Shown piece by piece: positions 9,045-18,685 of a stretch of 64,000 nucleotides of DNA. The translations under genes were made by a program, and so were the position numbers. Source of the DNA: an uncultured Armatimonadia bacterium (lineage in GTDB: Bacteria > Armatimonadota > Zipacnadia > CAVVLO01); NCBI GenBank assembly GCA_963749155.1, contig CAVVLO010000001.1:128001-192000 (forward strand). The letters run 5' to 3'. The notes below the pieces were generated by a model. The model worked only from the letters and a program-made list of their open reading frames with translations. It was not told where the DNA came from and searched no databases. Position 1 is the first letter of the stretch. Each line of letters starts with the position of its first letter.

Positions 9045-10172
9045 TTATTTGAGGCCGGTCAGCTTGAGGTACAAATCAGTAATCTTGCGGATATAGTTCG
9101 TCGTCTCGCGGTAGGGCGGCACCCCTCCGTATTTTTTTACGGCGCCAGGGCCCGCGTTATAACAGGCCAGGGCAAGTGAGAGCTGGTCCCAGGGATCGCG
9201 TCCTTCGTATTTGCGCAGATGCCCCGAAATCAGCTTGAGCGAGGCATCCAGATTCTGCTTTATATCGAAAACATTGGTTACTCCAAAGCCTTTGGCGGTG
9301 CCTGGCATAAGCTGGCCAAGTCCAGCTGCGCCGGCGGAGGAGACAACTTTAGGGTTGAAGCTGGACTCGCAGGCGATAATTGCGACCGCAAGCTGGGGCG
9401 AGAGGCCTTCTCGCGCGCAAGCCCTGAGCAGTGTGTCGGCGATATACACGGCTTCCTGATCCGACAGTCGCTTGTTGAAATATTTCGCTGCGCCGGCATA
9501 AGCCCGCACCAGGTTGTCCCAGGTTTGCTCCTCTGGCTGGACGGGAGCTGGAGCAGGAGTATAAGACGAATAGCCGGGCGCAATCTGCCAGTAATTCCAG
9601 TCGGCGCGAGGCTGGGCCATCCCGCGCGAAACCAGTTCTGCATAGCGGTCAGGATCGTAATAGACTGTTTGCTGGGGCGCGGCAGGCGCCTGGCCAGTCA
9701 CAACCGGTTGAGGTTGAGGCGCGGCTTGTTCAGCATACAGGTAGACATCCTCTGCGATTGCAGCCATCAGCTTCAGCAAAGGACGATCTGAACCTTCCAC
9801 AAGCAGCGCCAGTGCCCGCACCTGCTTGCCTGAACGCAGACAGCAGTCGAACTGATCGACTTCCAGCGTGAGGCTTGGCCCTTCGAGTGGTTTCAGAATG
9901 AGCAGGCCGCTGGTCCCATCGCAGGTGACGGTGCCCACAACCTGGCCCTGGGCTTCAAAGACACGCCCCTCGTAAGCGGCAGGCTCTTCGGCAACCTGGG
10001 GCCAGCCGAGCAGTTCGGCCCCTGCGGTCGCCTGGCGCAACTGGCAATACTGGGTATAGGTGCAGGAGGGGGGAGTCACTTCGGGCGTGGCAGGCGCCGC
10101 CTCCTGGCTCCAGGCCAGGCAGGACACGAACAGCAGGCTGCACAGCAGCGCCAGCGCGAGTTTACTCCTCAT
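9045..10172 (-). CDS. Secreted lytic transglycosylase (SLT domain) with an N-terminal OB-fold-like region
   Basis: Signal peptide MRSKLALALLCSLL..AWS, then IIACESSFNP, AGLGQLMPGTA, ALACYNAGPG, ETTNYI. Confidence 0.9.
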   Translation of the reverse strand: MRSKLALALLCSLLFVSCLAWSQEAAPATPEVTPPSCTYTQYCQLRQATAGAELLGWPQVAEEPAAYEGRVFEAQGQVVGTVTCDGTSGLLILKPLEGPSLTLEVDQFDCCLRSGKQVRALALLVEGSDRPLLKLMAAIAEDVYLYAEQAAPQPQPVVTGQAPAAPQQTVYYDPDRYAELVSRGMAQPRADWNYWQIAPGYSSYTPAPAPVQPEEQTWDNLVRAYAGAAKYFNKRLSDQEAVYIADTLLRACAREGLSPQLAVAIIACESSFNPKVVSSAGAAGLGQLMPGTAKGFGVTNVFDIKQNLDASLKLISGHLRKYEGRDPWDQLSLALACYNAGPGAVKKYGGVPPYRETTNYIRKITDLYLKLTGLK

Positions 10173-10689
10173 CGAACAACACCCTTTCGAAAGTCTCGTA
10201 AGCCTCCTGGCCCCATAAGGCGAAGGTAACCTCGAGTTCATAATTCGCATAACTGTCGAACTGCGTGACTGCTTTCACCATTATACGCGCAGCTTCTTCC
10301 AGCGGAAAGCCGCCCACTCCAGTCCCGAGCGCCGGAAAAGCCACAGTCTTGAAACCGCGCTCGCGACACCTGAGCAACGAATTTTCGGTCGCCCTGTATA
10401 TCAGGTCGGCATCGGGCAACACTCCCGAGCCCATCGCTGCCGCATGGATCACATACCTGGCAGGTAAAGCATAACCCGATGTCACCACTGCTTCGCCAAG
10501 TTCGACAGGGCCCTGGCGCATCGCTTCTTCTTCAAGCTCCAGGCCGCCCCGCCGTTTGAGCGCGCCTGCCACACCTGAACCCATCCAGAGTTCATTGTTA
10601 GCCGCGTTTACTACGGCATCCAGGGCCATAAGGGAAATATCTCCCTCGACCAGTCGCACGGTCACCTTGCCCAGTTGCTTGCTTCTCAC
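10162..10689 (-). CDS. Macro domain protein (ADP-ribose binding / O-acetyl-ADP-ribose deacetylase family)
   Basis: EGDI, VVNAAN..GSGVAGAL, VIHA, AFPALGTGVGG. Confidence 0.92.
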   Translation of the reverse strand: MRSKQLGKVTVRLVEGDISLMALDAVVNAANNELWMGSGVAGALKRRGGLELEEEAMRQGPVELGEAVVTSGYALPARYVIHAAAMGSGVLPDADLIYRATENSLLRCRERGFKTVAFPALGTGVGGFPLEEAARIMVKAVTQFDSYANYELEVTFALWGQEAYETFERVLFDEE

Positions 10690-11335
10690 CGGCCAGGCTA
10701 GCCCCCTGCTGCCTGTCCTTGAAGCGCAGATACTCCAGGGCGACAATCAAGCCAGTACAGCCAACCATACTGCCGATACGCTCGGTGATGCGGTTGAGGT
10801 TGCGCGAGATAGTGTCAGCGTCGGTGCCGCTTGCCTTCTCGGATTGCTCCATTGCGAAAAGGGCCGGTGGCACAACCTCCATCAGGAAACGCCCGACAAT
10901 CTGGTTGAAGGAGTGATCGGGCAGTGCCTGATACCTGCTGCGCAGGCTAAGCCAGGTCTCATCCCAGGTTAGTCGCGCCTGGCGGTCCTGCTCGCGTCTC
11001 TCGTGCTGGGCCTGGACTTCCTGCATCGAGCCTGCCCTGCGAGCGGCATACTCGATATAAGTGTCGAGATTGGTGTTCTCGAAAACCAGCAGTTTCAGCG
11101 GTTCACCAAATACCTGCTTGATAAAGGGCGCCAGCTCGAAGCTTGCCTGATGGGAGGAGGCATAAGCCTTAACCTCCGAGTCGCTGGTGCCAAATCCGAG
11201 TACCAGATAATCATCATCGAGACACAGGGGAGTAGCCTTCTCGAGCACCTGCCAAAGACGCGGGTGGTTGAGTTTGTCTTTTACGAGCGCCTCGAGTTGT
11301 TCCCAACGGTCCTGGACTTCAATGTCGCGTACCAA
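10598..11335 (-). CDS. Conserved hypothetical protein with DnaA-N/DnaX-tau-like N-terminal domain (true stop possibly ~10698)
   Basis: W..L...KDKL..P.LW..LE.A.PL.L...LVLGF pattern and GGAGGAG RBS. The C-terminal overlap with the macro gene suggests an indel in a G run. Confidence 0.65.
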   Translation of the reverse strand: MVRDIEVQDRWEQLEALVKDKLNHPRLWQVLEKATPLCLDDDYLVLGFGTSDSEVKAYASSHQASFELAPFIKQVFGEPLKLLVFENTNLDTYIEYAARRAGSMQEVQAQHERREQDRQARLTWDETWLSLRSRYQALPDHSFNQIVGRFLMEVVPPALFAMEQSEKASGTDADTISRNLNRITERIGSMVGCTGLIVALEYLRFKDRQQGASLAGEKQATGQGDRATGRGRYFPYGPGCRSKRG

Positions 11336-11374
11336 AACAGCACTCCTCCAGTCGCTTGATTGCGGACTTGCTCT

Positions 11375-12297
11375 TCAATATGAGGCGCCTGCCCCAAGTT
11401 GCTGCCAGAGCCAGGCCAGATCTTCGACAAGTCGAGACTCTGACTGGGCGCCTCTGTATAGCTCATAACTGTTATCGCCGCTTGCGCGCGAAGCCGCCAG
11501 CAGCAGCTTGCCTTCCTTCGCCGCCTGGCCAAGCAATTCCTCCAGTCGGCTTGCCTGCCATCTGGCTGATTTCAAAGGACCAGCGCTGGGCGACTGACTC
11601 GCCACAGTAAGCGCTGGGCCGATCAGTCCCTCGGCCGGACCAGGCAGCAAATCGGCTACCCCAGCCAGCCCCTGTCCAAGTGGAGCCGGCTCGAGGGAAA
11701 GCCCCTCGGCATCGAGCCTCAGCCGCGCCTCCGAACAAATTATCTCGGCAAGCAAAGGCTTTGCCTTCTCGAACGACAGCTTCGGCAGCAAGCCCTGGCG
11801 CAGCTCAACGAGTGGGTCCAGAGCTAGTTTCAGGCCGCTTAAAGTCCGTTTTCGCGCGACACCAAGTGCGAGTGCCGAATCCAGCCAGCCTGCCGGATCA
11901 AGCACCAACTCTAAACGAACCTGCGGTCATTGCCGCGTGCAACGCCTCGAGCCCAGCGAATCTGAGCTGCCCACCAGGCTGAATCCTGGGCTTCGGCTTC
12001 CGAGGGCCTGGGCAGCGCAACCCCCACCCAGGGAGGCCGCAGCTCGACAAGCAGAGCGAGTGAATCAGGCTCCAGGGAGACAGGCCGGAAAACCGGCACG
12101 AAAACTCCTACTCCCTTGTTCACGAGCTCGGTGAGGACACCAAGCCGCTCGATGGCCCGTTCAGGCACAAGGTCGAGTTTGACATATTCGGCCTTCTGCT
12201 CTAGCCCAAATTGTGCCAGCCAGCCCAGCCAGTCAACCGAGGCCAGTTGCCCCTGAGGCGCAACCAGCGCCAGTGAACTCTCAGCATATCCAGGCAT
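11375..12297 (-). CDS. Hypothetical protein(s): ORFs 11911-12297 and 11375-11908, possibly one gene with an indel ~11925
   Basis: Two abutting ORFs in a tightly packed minus-strand run. Adding one C joins them as ..GNDPQVRLELVLDP... Confidence 0.5.
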
Positions 12298-12394
12298 TAC
12301 TTTCTCAAACTCCCTCGCGCTGCTACTCTCCGGCAACTTGGGAGTATAGAATAGTACTTACTTCAATTCTACAACACGAACGCCAAGAGCCGGA

Positions 12395-13237
12395 ATGTTT
12401 GACCGAGACTTCAGAAGAAAGCTTTCCCAAAAGCTTCGTGAGAGGCTTGAAGCAGGCCCTGGAACCACTCCAGAGCCTGCCTCTGGTGCTGAAGAGCCAG
12501 TGGGTGAAATTACTGTCCCAAGCGGGCTGGCCTGGGTCGCTCCCCCCGGGTTGCCCGAGCAACCGCTTTCGCTTGCCGAATTTATGGGAGGACGCGAGCT
12601 GACGCTTGATTCCGGCCGCCTGCTGGTTGTCGAAGGTTATGGCAAGCGGGTGCTGGAAGAACTGGCCCTCACCGGATTGAAGCTTGCCAGTCACGAGCTT
12701 GATCGCGCACTTGAAGGCGGGCCCCTGGTGATCTTTGACCTCGAGACTTGCGGATTTGGGGGTTGTCCGGTTTTCCTGGTCGGCCTGCTGGAGTGGGATG
12801 GCGACCGGCTGGAGCTGGTGCAGTATCTGGCAGAGGATCTGGATCAGGAAGCTGCCCTGCTCGAGGCCAGTCTCGACCGGCTTGCGAGGGCTGGAGGGCT
12901 GGTCTCGTACAACGGGCGAACTTTCGATTTGCCTTTCCTCAAAGAGCGAGCAATCTGGCATCAGCAGGCCTTCCCCTTGCTTGGTCCCCACTTCGATTTG
13001 CTGCCCATCGCGCGCAAGCGTCTGGGCAAAAGTGTGCCCAACCACAAGCTGCAGACACTCGAGACCTGCCTGCTGGCGCGTGGCAGGCAAGGTGATGTGC
13101 CGGGGGCCGAGATTGCAGATTTCTATTTTCAGTATGCCGAAACACGTGATTTGGCGGCCCTTGTGCCGATAATGGCTCATAATGCTTTCGACCTGGTTAG
13201 CCTGGCCCAAATACTGGAATTACTTGCAGGAGACTAA
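12395..13237 (+). CDS. YprB-like RNase H-fold (DEDD) exonuclease
   Basis: IFDLETCG, LVSYNGRTFDLPFL, HFDLL, KLQTLE, HNAFD. Confidence 0.88.
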   Translation: MFDRDFRRKLSQKLRERLEAGPGTTPEPASGAEEPVGEITVPSGLAWVAPPGLPEQPLSLAEFMGGRELTLDSGRLLVVEGYGKRVLEELALTGLKLASHELDRALEGGPLVIFDLETCGFGGCPVFLVGLLEWDGDRLELVQYLAEDLDQEAALLEASLDRLARAGGLVSYNGRTFDLPFLKERAIWHQQAFPLLGPHFDLLPIARKRLGKSVPNHKLQTLETCLLARGRQGDVPGAEIADFYFQYAETRDLAALVPIMAHNAFDLVSLAQILELLAGD

Positions 13238-13304
13238 CGCTGGCAGGGACTTGCCTCAGGATGCGGAATCCTTGCCTTCCAATTGAAAGGATGGAGGATA
13301 CAAG

Positions 13305-15287
13305 ATGAGACAACGTTTCGACCTGAGCGATTATGAATGGACCCTGACCGGCTGGCAGCCCTGGTACTGGCGTTTCCGCCAGTCAATGGAACTGGGCAAC
13401 GACCTGGGCGCCAATATCGCCCCGGTAAAGGTGAAGCTGCCTTGTTCCGTGCAGCAGGCGATGTTGAACGCGGGCGTCATCGCCGACTGGAATTACGGTA
13501 TCAACTCGTTCCTGTGCGAGTGGATTGAAAACCGCCACTGGGTTTATTCCCTCGAAGTGCCCGCGGACTGTATGGGCGAAGGGCAACCCGTGCTGGTCTG
13601 CGAGGGGCTCGATTATGAAGGCTATATCCGCGTAAACGGTGTCGAGATCAGCCAGTTCAAAGGCACGCACCTCCAGTGGGAGTTCGACCTTACTGGTCAC
13701 CTGAAGCCCGGAGAGCGCAATTTCATCGATATCGTGTTCACCTGGCTGCCCAGATATCTGGGTCAGATAGGCTATACGTCCGAATTCAAGGACTGGAAGC
13801 CGCGTTTCAACTATATCTGGGACTGGGTGCCGCGCGTGGTAAGCGTGGGCGTCTATCAGAAAGTACATCTCGAGTGGCGCAAGGGCGATGCGATAAAGGC
13901 GCTTTCGATGTACGAGGATTATTCGACCGAGACGAAAACTGGCAGCGTAAATTTGCGCGCTGACCTCGACCTGGACAAATGCGGCACCGTGCAGGTGCTG
14001 GTCGAAGATCTCCAGGGGAAAGTGCTCGGGCAGTATTCTTTCAAGGCCGAGAAAGACTTCAAAGGCACAATCAAGGACATCAAGGTTGCGCCCTGGTGCC
14101 CCAATGGGCAGGGCGAACAACCCCTGTACAACATCCGGTTCAAGCTTATCTCTCCCCAGGGCAAAGCGCTCGATGAGCTTGTGCGCCGGGTTGGCTTCCG
14201 CCAGATAAAGTGGTTGCCCTGCGAAGGCGCGCCGAAGGATGCAGAGCCGTGGATATGCGAGGCCAATGGCACGGCTTTCTTCTTGCAGGGAGCCAACTGG
14301 GTGCCGCCGGTAGCCAATTTTGCCGACGTGACTGAAGAGCAATACACCACTTTGCTCAAGCTATACAAGGAACTCGGTTTCAACCTGCTGCGCGTGTGGG
14401 GAGGAGCCATACTTGAGAGAGAACGTTTCTACGAGCTTTGCGATGAGCTGGGCCTGCTGGTCTGGCAGGAGTTCTGCCTGTCGAGTTCGGGCATAGACAA
14501 CTACGCGCCAGATGACAAGCAGTCCATCGCCGAGATGAAGGATATTGTCACCAGCTATATCGACCGCAGGCAGCATCACCCAAGCCTGCTGATGTGGTGC
14601 GGCGGCAATGAGCTGCAGACGGGAATGAACGGCGAAAAAGCAGGCCAGGGCTTGCCCCTGGACACCAAGCATCCAATGCTGAAAATGATGGCGCAAGTCT
14701 GCGCGAAGCTGGATCCTACGCGCAAATTTGTCGCGACCAGTTCGACCGGGCCGCGTTTCTTCGCGCAGCCGGAGGACTTCGGCAAGGGCCTGCACCACGA
14801 TGTCCACGGCCCCTGGAATCTGATTGGCCATACCGTGGACTGGATCCGGGACGAATACTGGGCGAAGGACGACTCGCTCTTCCGCTCGGAGACCGGGATG
14901 CCCGGCGCTGCGCCGATTGAGCTAATCAAGCAGTATGGCGGCTCGCTCGCAACACCTATCTCGGAGCGCAACCCTTTCTGGAATCACACTGGTGGCTGGT
15001 GGATTGAACGCCAGGCTTTCCTGGACGAAACCGGCGCCGACGAGATGGACCTTGAAGCCTATGTAAAGTGGAGTCAGCCGCGCCAGGCCGAGGTGTTGCG
15101 CATCGCGGCAACGGCTTGCAAGAAGCGCTTCCCCGCTTGTGGGGGTTTTATGATTTGGGAAGGGCATGATTGTTATCCCTGCCCGGCCAACTGCGCGGTC
15201 ATCGACTTCCACCGGCAGCCCAAACCAGCGGCACTGGCGCTGGGGAAGGTCTTCCACACGCCCCAGGAAGAACTCGGCGAACTCTGA
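13305..15287 (+). CDS. Glycoside hydrolase family 2, beta-mannosidase-like
   Basis: EGLDY, FNYIWDW, QGANWVP, LRVWGG, GLLVWQEF, WCGGNE, DVHGPW, FRSETG. GGAGG RBS. Confidence 0.88.
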   Translation: MRQRFDLSDYEWTLTGWQPWYWRFRQSMELGNDLGANIAPVKVKLPCSVQQAMLNAGVIADWNYGINSFLCEWIENRHWVYSLEVPADCMGEGQPVLVCEGLDYEGYIRVNGVEISQFKGTHLQWEFDLTGHLKPGERNFIDIVFTWLPRYLGQIGYTSEFKDWKPRFNYIWDWVPRVVSVGVYQKVHLEWRKGDAIKALSMYEDYSTETKTGSVNLRADLDLDKCGTVQVLVEDLQGKVLGQYSFKAEKDFKGTIKDIKVAPWCPNGQGEQPLYNIRFKLISPQGKALDELVRRVGFRQIKWLPCEGAPKDAEPWICEANGTAFFLQGANWVPPVANFADVTEEQYTTLLKLYKELGFNLLRVWGGAILERERFYELCDELGLLVWQEFCLSSSGIDNYAPDDKQSIAEMKDIVTSYIDRRQHHPSLLMWCGGNELQTGMNGEKAGQGLPLDTKHPMLKMMAQVCAKLDPTRKFVATSSTGPRFFAQPEDFGKGLHHDVHGPWNLIGHTVDWIRDEYWAKDDSLFRSETGMPGAAPIELIKQYGGSLATPISERNPFWNHTGGWWIERQAFLDETGADEMDLEAYVKWSQPRQAEVLRIAATACKKRFPACGGFMIWEGHDCYPCPANCAVIDFHRQPKPAALALGKVFHTPQEELGEL

Positions 15288-15306
15288 GTCTGAGGTAACA
15301 AACCAG

Positions 15307-15345
15307 ACCGGCCCGGCCTCCAGCAGAGGTCGGGTCGGTTGCTTT
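15307..15345 (+). terminator. Terminator-like hairpin after the GH2 gene
   Basis: ACCGGCCCGGCCTC-CAGCA-GAGGTCGGGTCGGT stem (with G-U pairs), followed by TGCTTT. Confidence 0.45.
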
Positions 15346-15376
15346 GGCGGCTCCGGGTGGCGTATATTGCCCTAAG

Positions 15377-16306
15377 GTGAGCGATTTGGCGAGTCACGAA
15401 GCCCCCAGGCTGCCTCCCGACCTTGAAGAGGCGCACGCTAGGTATCTCGACTTTCTCCTCGTCGAGAAAGGCGCGGCTGACCAGACAGTCCTCAGCTATT
15501 CAAGTGACCTAGACGGGTTTCTTGCTTTTGCCACCGAAAGAGGCCTCCAGCACCCTGGAGCCATCCGGGAGGACCTGTTGCTCGCTTTTCTTGGCCGGCT
15601 GCGCGAACAGGGGGCAAAGCGCGCCACCATCAGCCGGAAATTGTCGGCGCTAAGAGGCTTCTTCAGGTATCTCCTCGCCGAGAAACGCCTTTCCCACGAC
15701 CCCTCGGCCCTGCTCGAGACGCCTCCTAAAGAGCGCCGGCTGCCTAAAGCTCTGGATGTGGACGAGGCCCTGCGAGTGCTTGGCGAGACCCGGAAGGACT
15801 CGCCGACGGCCTTGCGCGACAGGGCGCTGCTTTATGTGCTTTATTCCTGCGGGCTGCGCGTCTCGGAAGCAGTCGAACTGAAGCCATCCGCGGTCAATGC
15901 GAGCGAAGGCTTGCTGCGAATTATCGGCAAGGGCAACAAGGAACGGCTTGCGCCTATCGGGCAGGCGGCGCTGGAAGTGCTTCGAGAGTATCTTGAGGAG
16001 GGCCGGCCCCGGCTGGTGAGGGGCGTGATGCCCTTCCTTTTCGTAGCTGACCGGGGTGGACCGCTGGCCAGGCAACGCGCCTGGGCCCTGGTGAAGCATT
16101 ACGCTACTTTGGCAGGCATCGCAAGGCCTGTTTCACCTCACACCTTCCGCCATTCTTTCGCGACCCATCTCTTGCAGGGAGGCGCCGACCTGCGCGCCAT
16201 CCAGCAGATGCTCGGTCACGCGAGCCTTGCCACAACGCAAATCTACACCGCCCTCGACAACGCCGACTTGCGCGATATCTATCGCTCAGCCCATCCCAGA
16301 GCCTGA
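15377..16306 (+). CDS. xerD: Site-specific tyrosine recombinase XerD
   Basis: GLRVSE, GKGNKER, SPHTFRHSFATHLL.GGADLR..Q.MLGHASLATTQIY, ending HPRA. Confidence 0.92.
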   Translation: MSDLASHEAPRLPPDLEEAHARYLDFLLVEKGAADQTVLSYSSDLDGFLAFATERGLQHPGAIREDLLLAFLGRLREQGAKRATISRKLSALRGFFRYLLAEKRLSHDPSALLETPPKERRLPKALDVDEALRVLGETRKDSPTALRDRALLYVLYSCGLRVSEAVELKPSAVNASEGLLRIIGKGNKERLAPIGQAALEVLREYLEEGRPRLVRGVMPFLFVADRGGPLARQRAWALVKHYATLAGIARPVSPHTFRHSFATHLLQGGADLRAIQQMLGHASLATTQIYTALDNADLRDIYRSAHPRA

Positions 16307-16323
16307 TATGAAGGAGCCCCTCG

Positions 16324-18044
16324 ATGCAGCAACTAACAACTGATGTGCTGGTTATTGGCTCCGGCGGGGCGGGACTCAGGGCCGCAATAGAAGCGCGAAC
16401 CTGCGGCGCAAGCGTGCTGGTACTCGACAAGAAGAAGCCAGGGCTTGCCAGCACTACCTATTGGGCGGCTTCCGACTGGATGGCCTTCGGCGCGGCGGTT
16501 GGCCACGCTGACCCGGCTGACAGCCCCGAGCAGCATTACCTGGATATCTGCGCGAAGGGCGGCCTGGTAAGTGATCCCGAGCTTTCGCGTATCGTTGCTT
16601 ACGAGGCGCCAGACCGGGTTGAAGACCTCACTCGCTGGGGGATGGACTGGGACCGGGAGCCTGATGGGCGATATCGGCAGATTCTGAGCGATGGCGCGAC
16701 CTACCCGCGCGCCCTGGGCAAGGGCGCCGAGACCGGCAAGCACCTTGTCGAAGTGTTGCTTGAAAGGGCGGCCCAGCTTGGCTGCATGGTGCTGGGTGGC
16801 TGGCGGTTGGCAGATTTACTGGCAGACGAGAAAGGGGTGCTGGCGCTTTGCCTCTCGGCTAGCCAGGAAGACTGGTTGCTGGTCCGGGCGAAGGCTGCGG
16901 TGATCGCCTCGGGCGGGATGGGGGCGCTGTTTGCCGCAAATATCTTTCCGCAGGGGCTGTTCGGTGAGGCAACGATCGCAGCCCTGAGCGCGGGCGCAAA
17001 GCTTGTGAATATGGAGTTCATCCAGATTGGCCCTGGTTCGATGTGGCCGATGAAATTTGCGCTTTCGGGAGTTTTCTGGCGGCTTGCCCCCCAAATTACC
17101 AACGGCCTGGGAGAGGAGTTTCTGGGCCGGTATATGCCCGAGGGCGTCGACCTGGCCCAGGCCCTTTGGGTGAAAGGCGTCTCCTACCCCTATACTGTGC
17201 GCAATGAGAGCCAATATGTGGATCGGGCAATCTTCCACGAGCTCGCCGAGGGGCGCGGCGCCGAGCATGGAGGGGTGTTCCTCAGCCTGGCTCATAATCC
17301 GCCGGAAGTTATCGAGACCGAGGCGCGGGTGCCTTTCGAGTTTTGGTTGAAGCACGGGGTGGACCTGCGACGCGATGCGCTCGAGTTCGCGCCCTGTTGT
17401 CAGCATTTCAACGGAGGACTGCTGATAGACAGCACTGCAAGCGTTGGCGTGCCTGGACTGTATGCGGCAGGCGAGGCGGCGGGTGGGCCTCACGGGGCGG
17501 ATAGACCCGGCGGCAACGCGCTTGCTGACTGTCAGGTGTTCGGGCGTATCGCGGGAAACTCGGCGGCAGACTGGGCTTCTGTGCATCCTCTGCCAGGTGA
17601 GCAGTCAGCGCTGGACTGGGCTGAAGAACGCCAGCAAGCTGTCCTGACCCGGGTTAACGAACAGAATTCAGGAGAGCAGGAAAAAGCTCAGTTGGCGAAG
17701 GAATTATGGCTACATTGCGGCCTTTATCGCGATGCGGCGGGGCTTCAATCCGTCCTTTCCAGTTGTGAGGCAACGAGGGCTAGCCTTGTTCAAAAGGGCG
17801 CGCGGTGTCCTGGTGAGGTGCTGGAACTGGGGCGTTGACCAGGCTCGGTCAGGCTGTGGCGCTGTCGGCGCTGGCCAGAGAGGAGTCGCGCGGCACCCAT
17901 TATCGGGCTGACTTCCCCGTGAAGAACTTGCCCGAGTGGGAGTGCCAGCATCTCATCGGGTGGGAAGGTGGCGAGCTTGCCCTCTCGCGGCGTAAACTGG
18001 ACTTGCCGCTGGAAGTTGCGGCGCTGAGGAGTGAGCTTGAGTGA
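16324..18044 (+). CDS. SdhA/FrdA/NadB-superfamily FAD-binding flavoprotein (frameshift ~17835)
   Basis: VIGSGGAG, IASGG, NMEFIQ, HFNGG, GLYAAGE, HGADRPGGNALAD. The C-terminal REESRGTHYRADFP is in the next frame after a G homopolymer. Confidence 0.85.
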
Positions 18045-18676
18045 CCGGTATCCCTGCTGACCTGCGAGTTGAGGTCGTGGTTGTTGGCCAACTCAACACC
18101 AATTGCGTGTTGCTTGGCCTGAAGTCTTCTGCGGAAGTGCTGGTCGTGGACCCGGGCGCTGACCTGGAAAAAATCGAGGCAGTGCTCCAGAAGCACAAGC
18201 TGCGCCCTGTAGCAGTGGCGCTGACGCATGGCCATTTCGACCATTTTGGCGCGGCGAAGGCGCTGATGGCCAAGTGGGATGTGCCCTGCTATATGCACAG
18301 GGGCGATGAAGAATACGCCCAGCGCGCGCCTGCCGTCGCCCTCGAATGGATAGGCGAGCCGGTCGAGTTGCCGGACCAGATTACCTGGCTGGAGCCGGGG
18401 CCTTTTGAAGTGGCTGGACTTTTGCTAAAAGTCGCCCACACGCCTGGCCATTCACCTGGCAGTGTCAGCTTTATACTGGACGGCCTCGTACTGCCTGGCG
18501 ATGTGCTCTTCTATGAGGGGGTTGGGCGCTGGGACTTCTTCGGGGGCAACTATAACGAGCTGATGAAATCCATCCAGGAAGAACTGCTCAGCCTGCCGGA
18601 GGCCACAAAAGTGATACCCGGCCACGGGCCGGCGACTTCGGTAGGGCACGAAAAACGTCATAATCCCTATCTTTGA
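18041..18676 (+). CDS. MBL-fold metallo-hydrolase (glyoxalase II-like)
   Basis: THGHFDH, TPGHSPG, GDVLF, PGHG. Confidence 0.92.
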   Translation: MTGIPADLRVEVVVVGQLNTNCVLLGLKSSAEVLVVDPGADLEKIEAVLQKHKLRPVAVALTHGHFDHFGAAKALMAKWDVPCYMHRGDEEYAQRAPAVALEWIGEPVELPDQITWLEPGPFEVAGLLLKVAHTPGHSPGSVSFILDGLVLPGDVLFYEGVGRWDFFGGNYNELMKSIQEELLSLPEATKVIPGHGPATSVGHEKRHNPYL

Positions 18677-18685
18677 GGCGCGCTG

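Noticed and set aside
13240..13256. Sigma-54-like TGGCAGGGACTTGC upstream of the GH2 gene
   Set aside because: The GG-to-GC spacing is 9 nt rather than the required 10.
15377..16306. Tyrosine recombinase as a phage or island integrase
   Set aside because: The sequence is typical XerD among housekeeping genes. No att duplication of the tRNA-Pro 3' end and no phage genes were seen.
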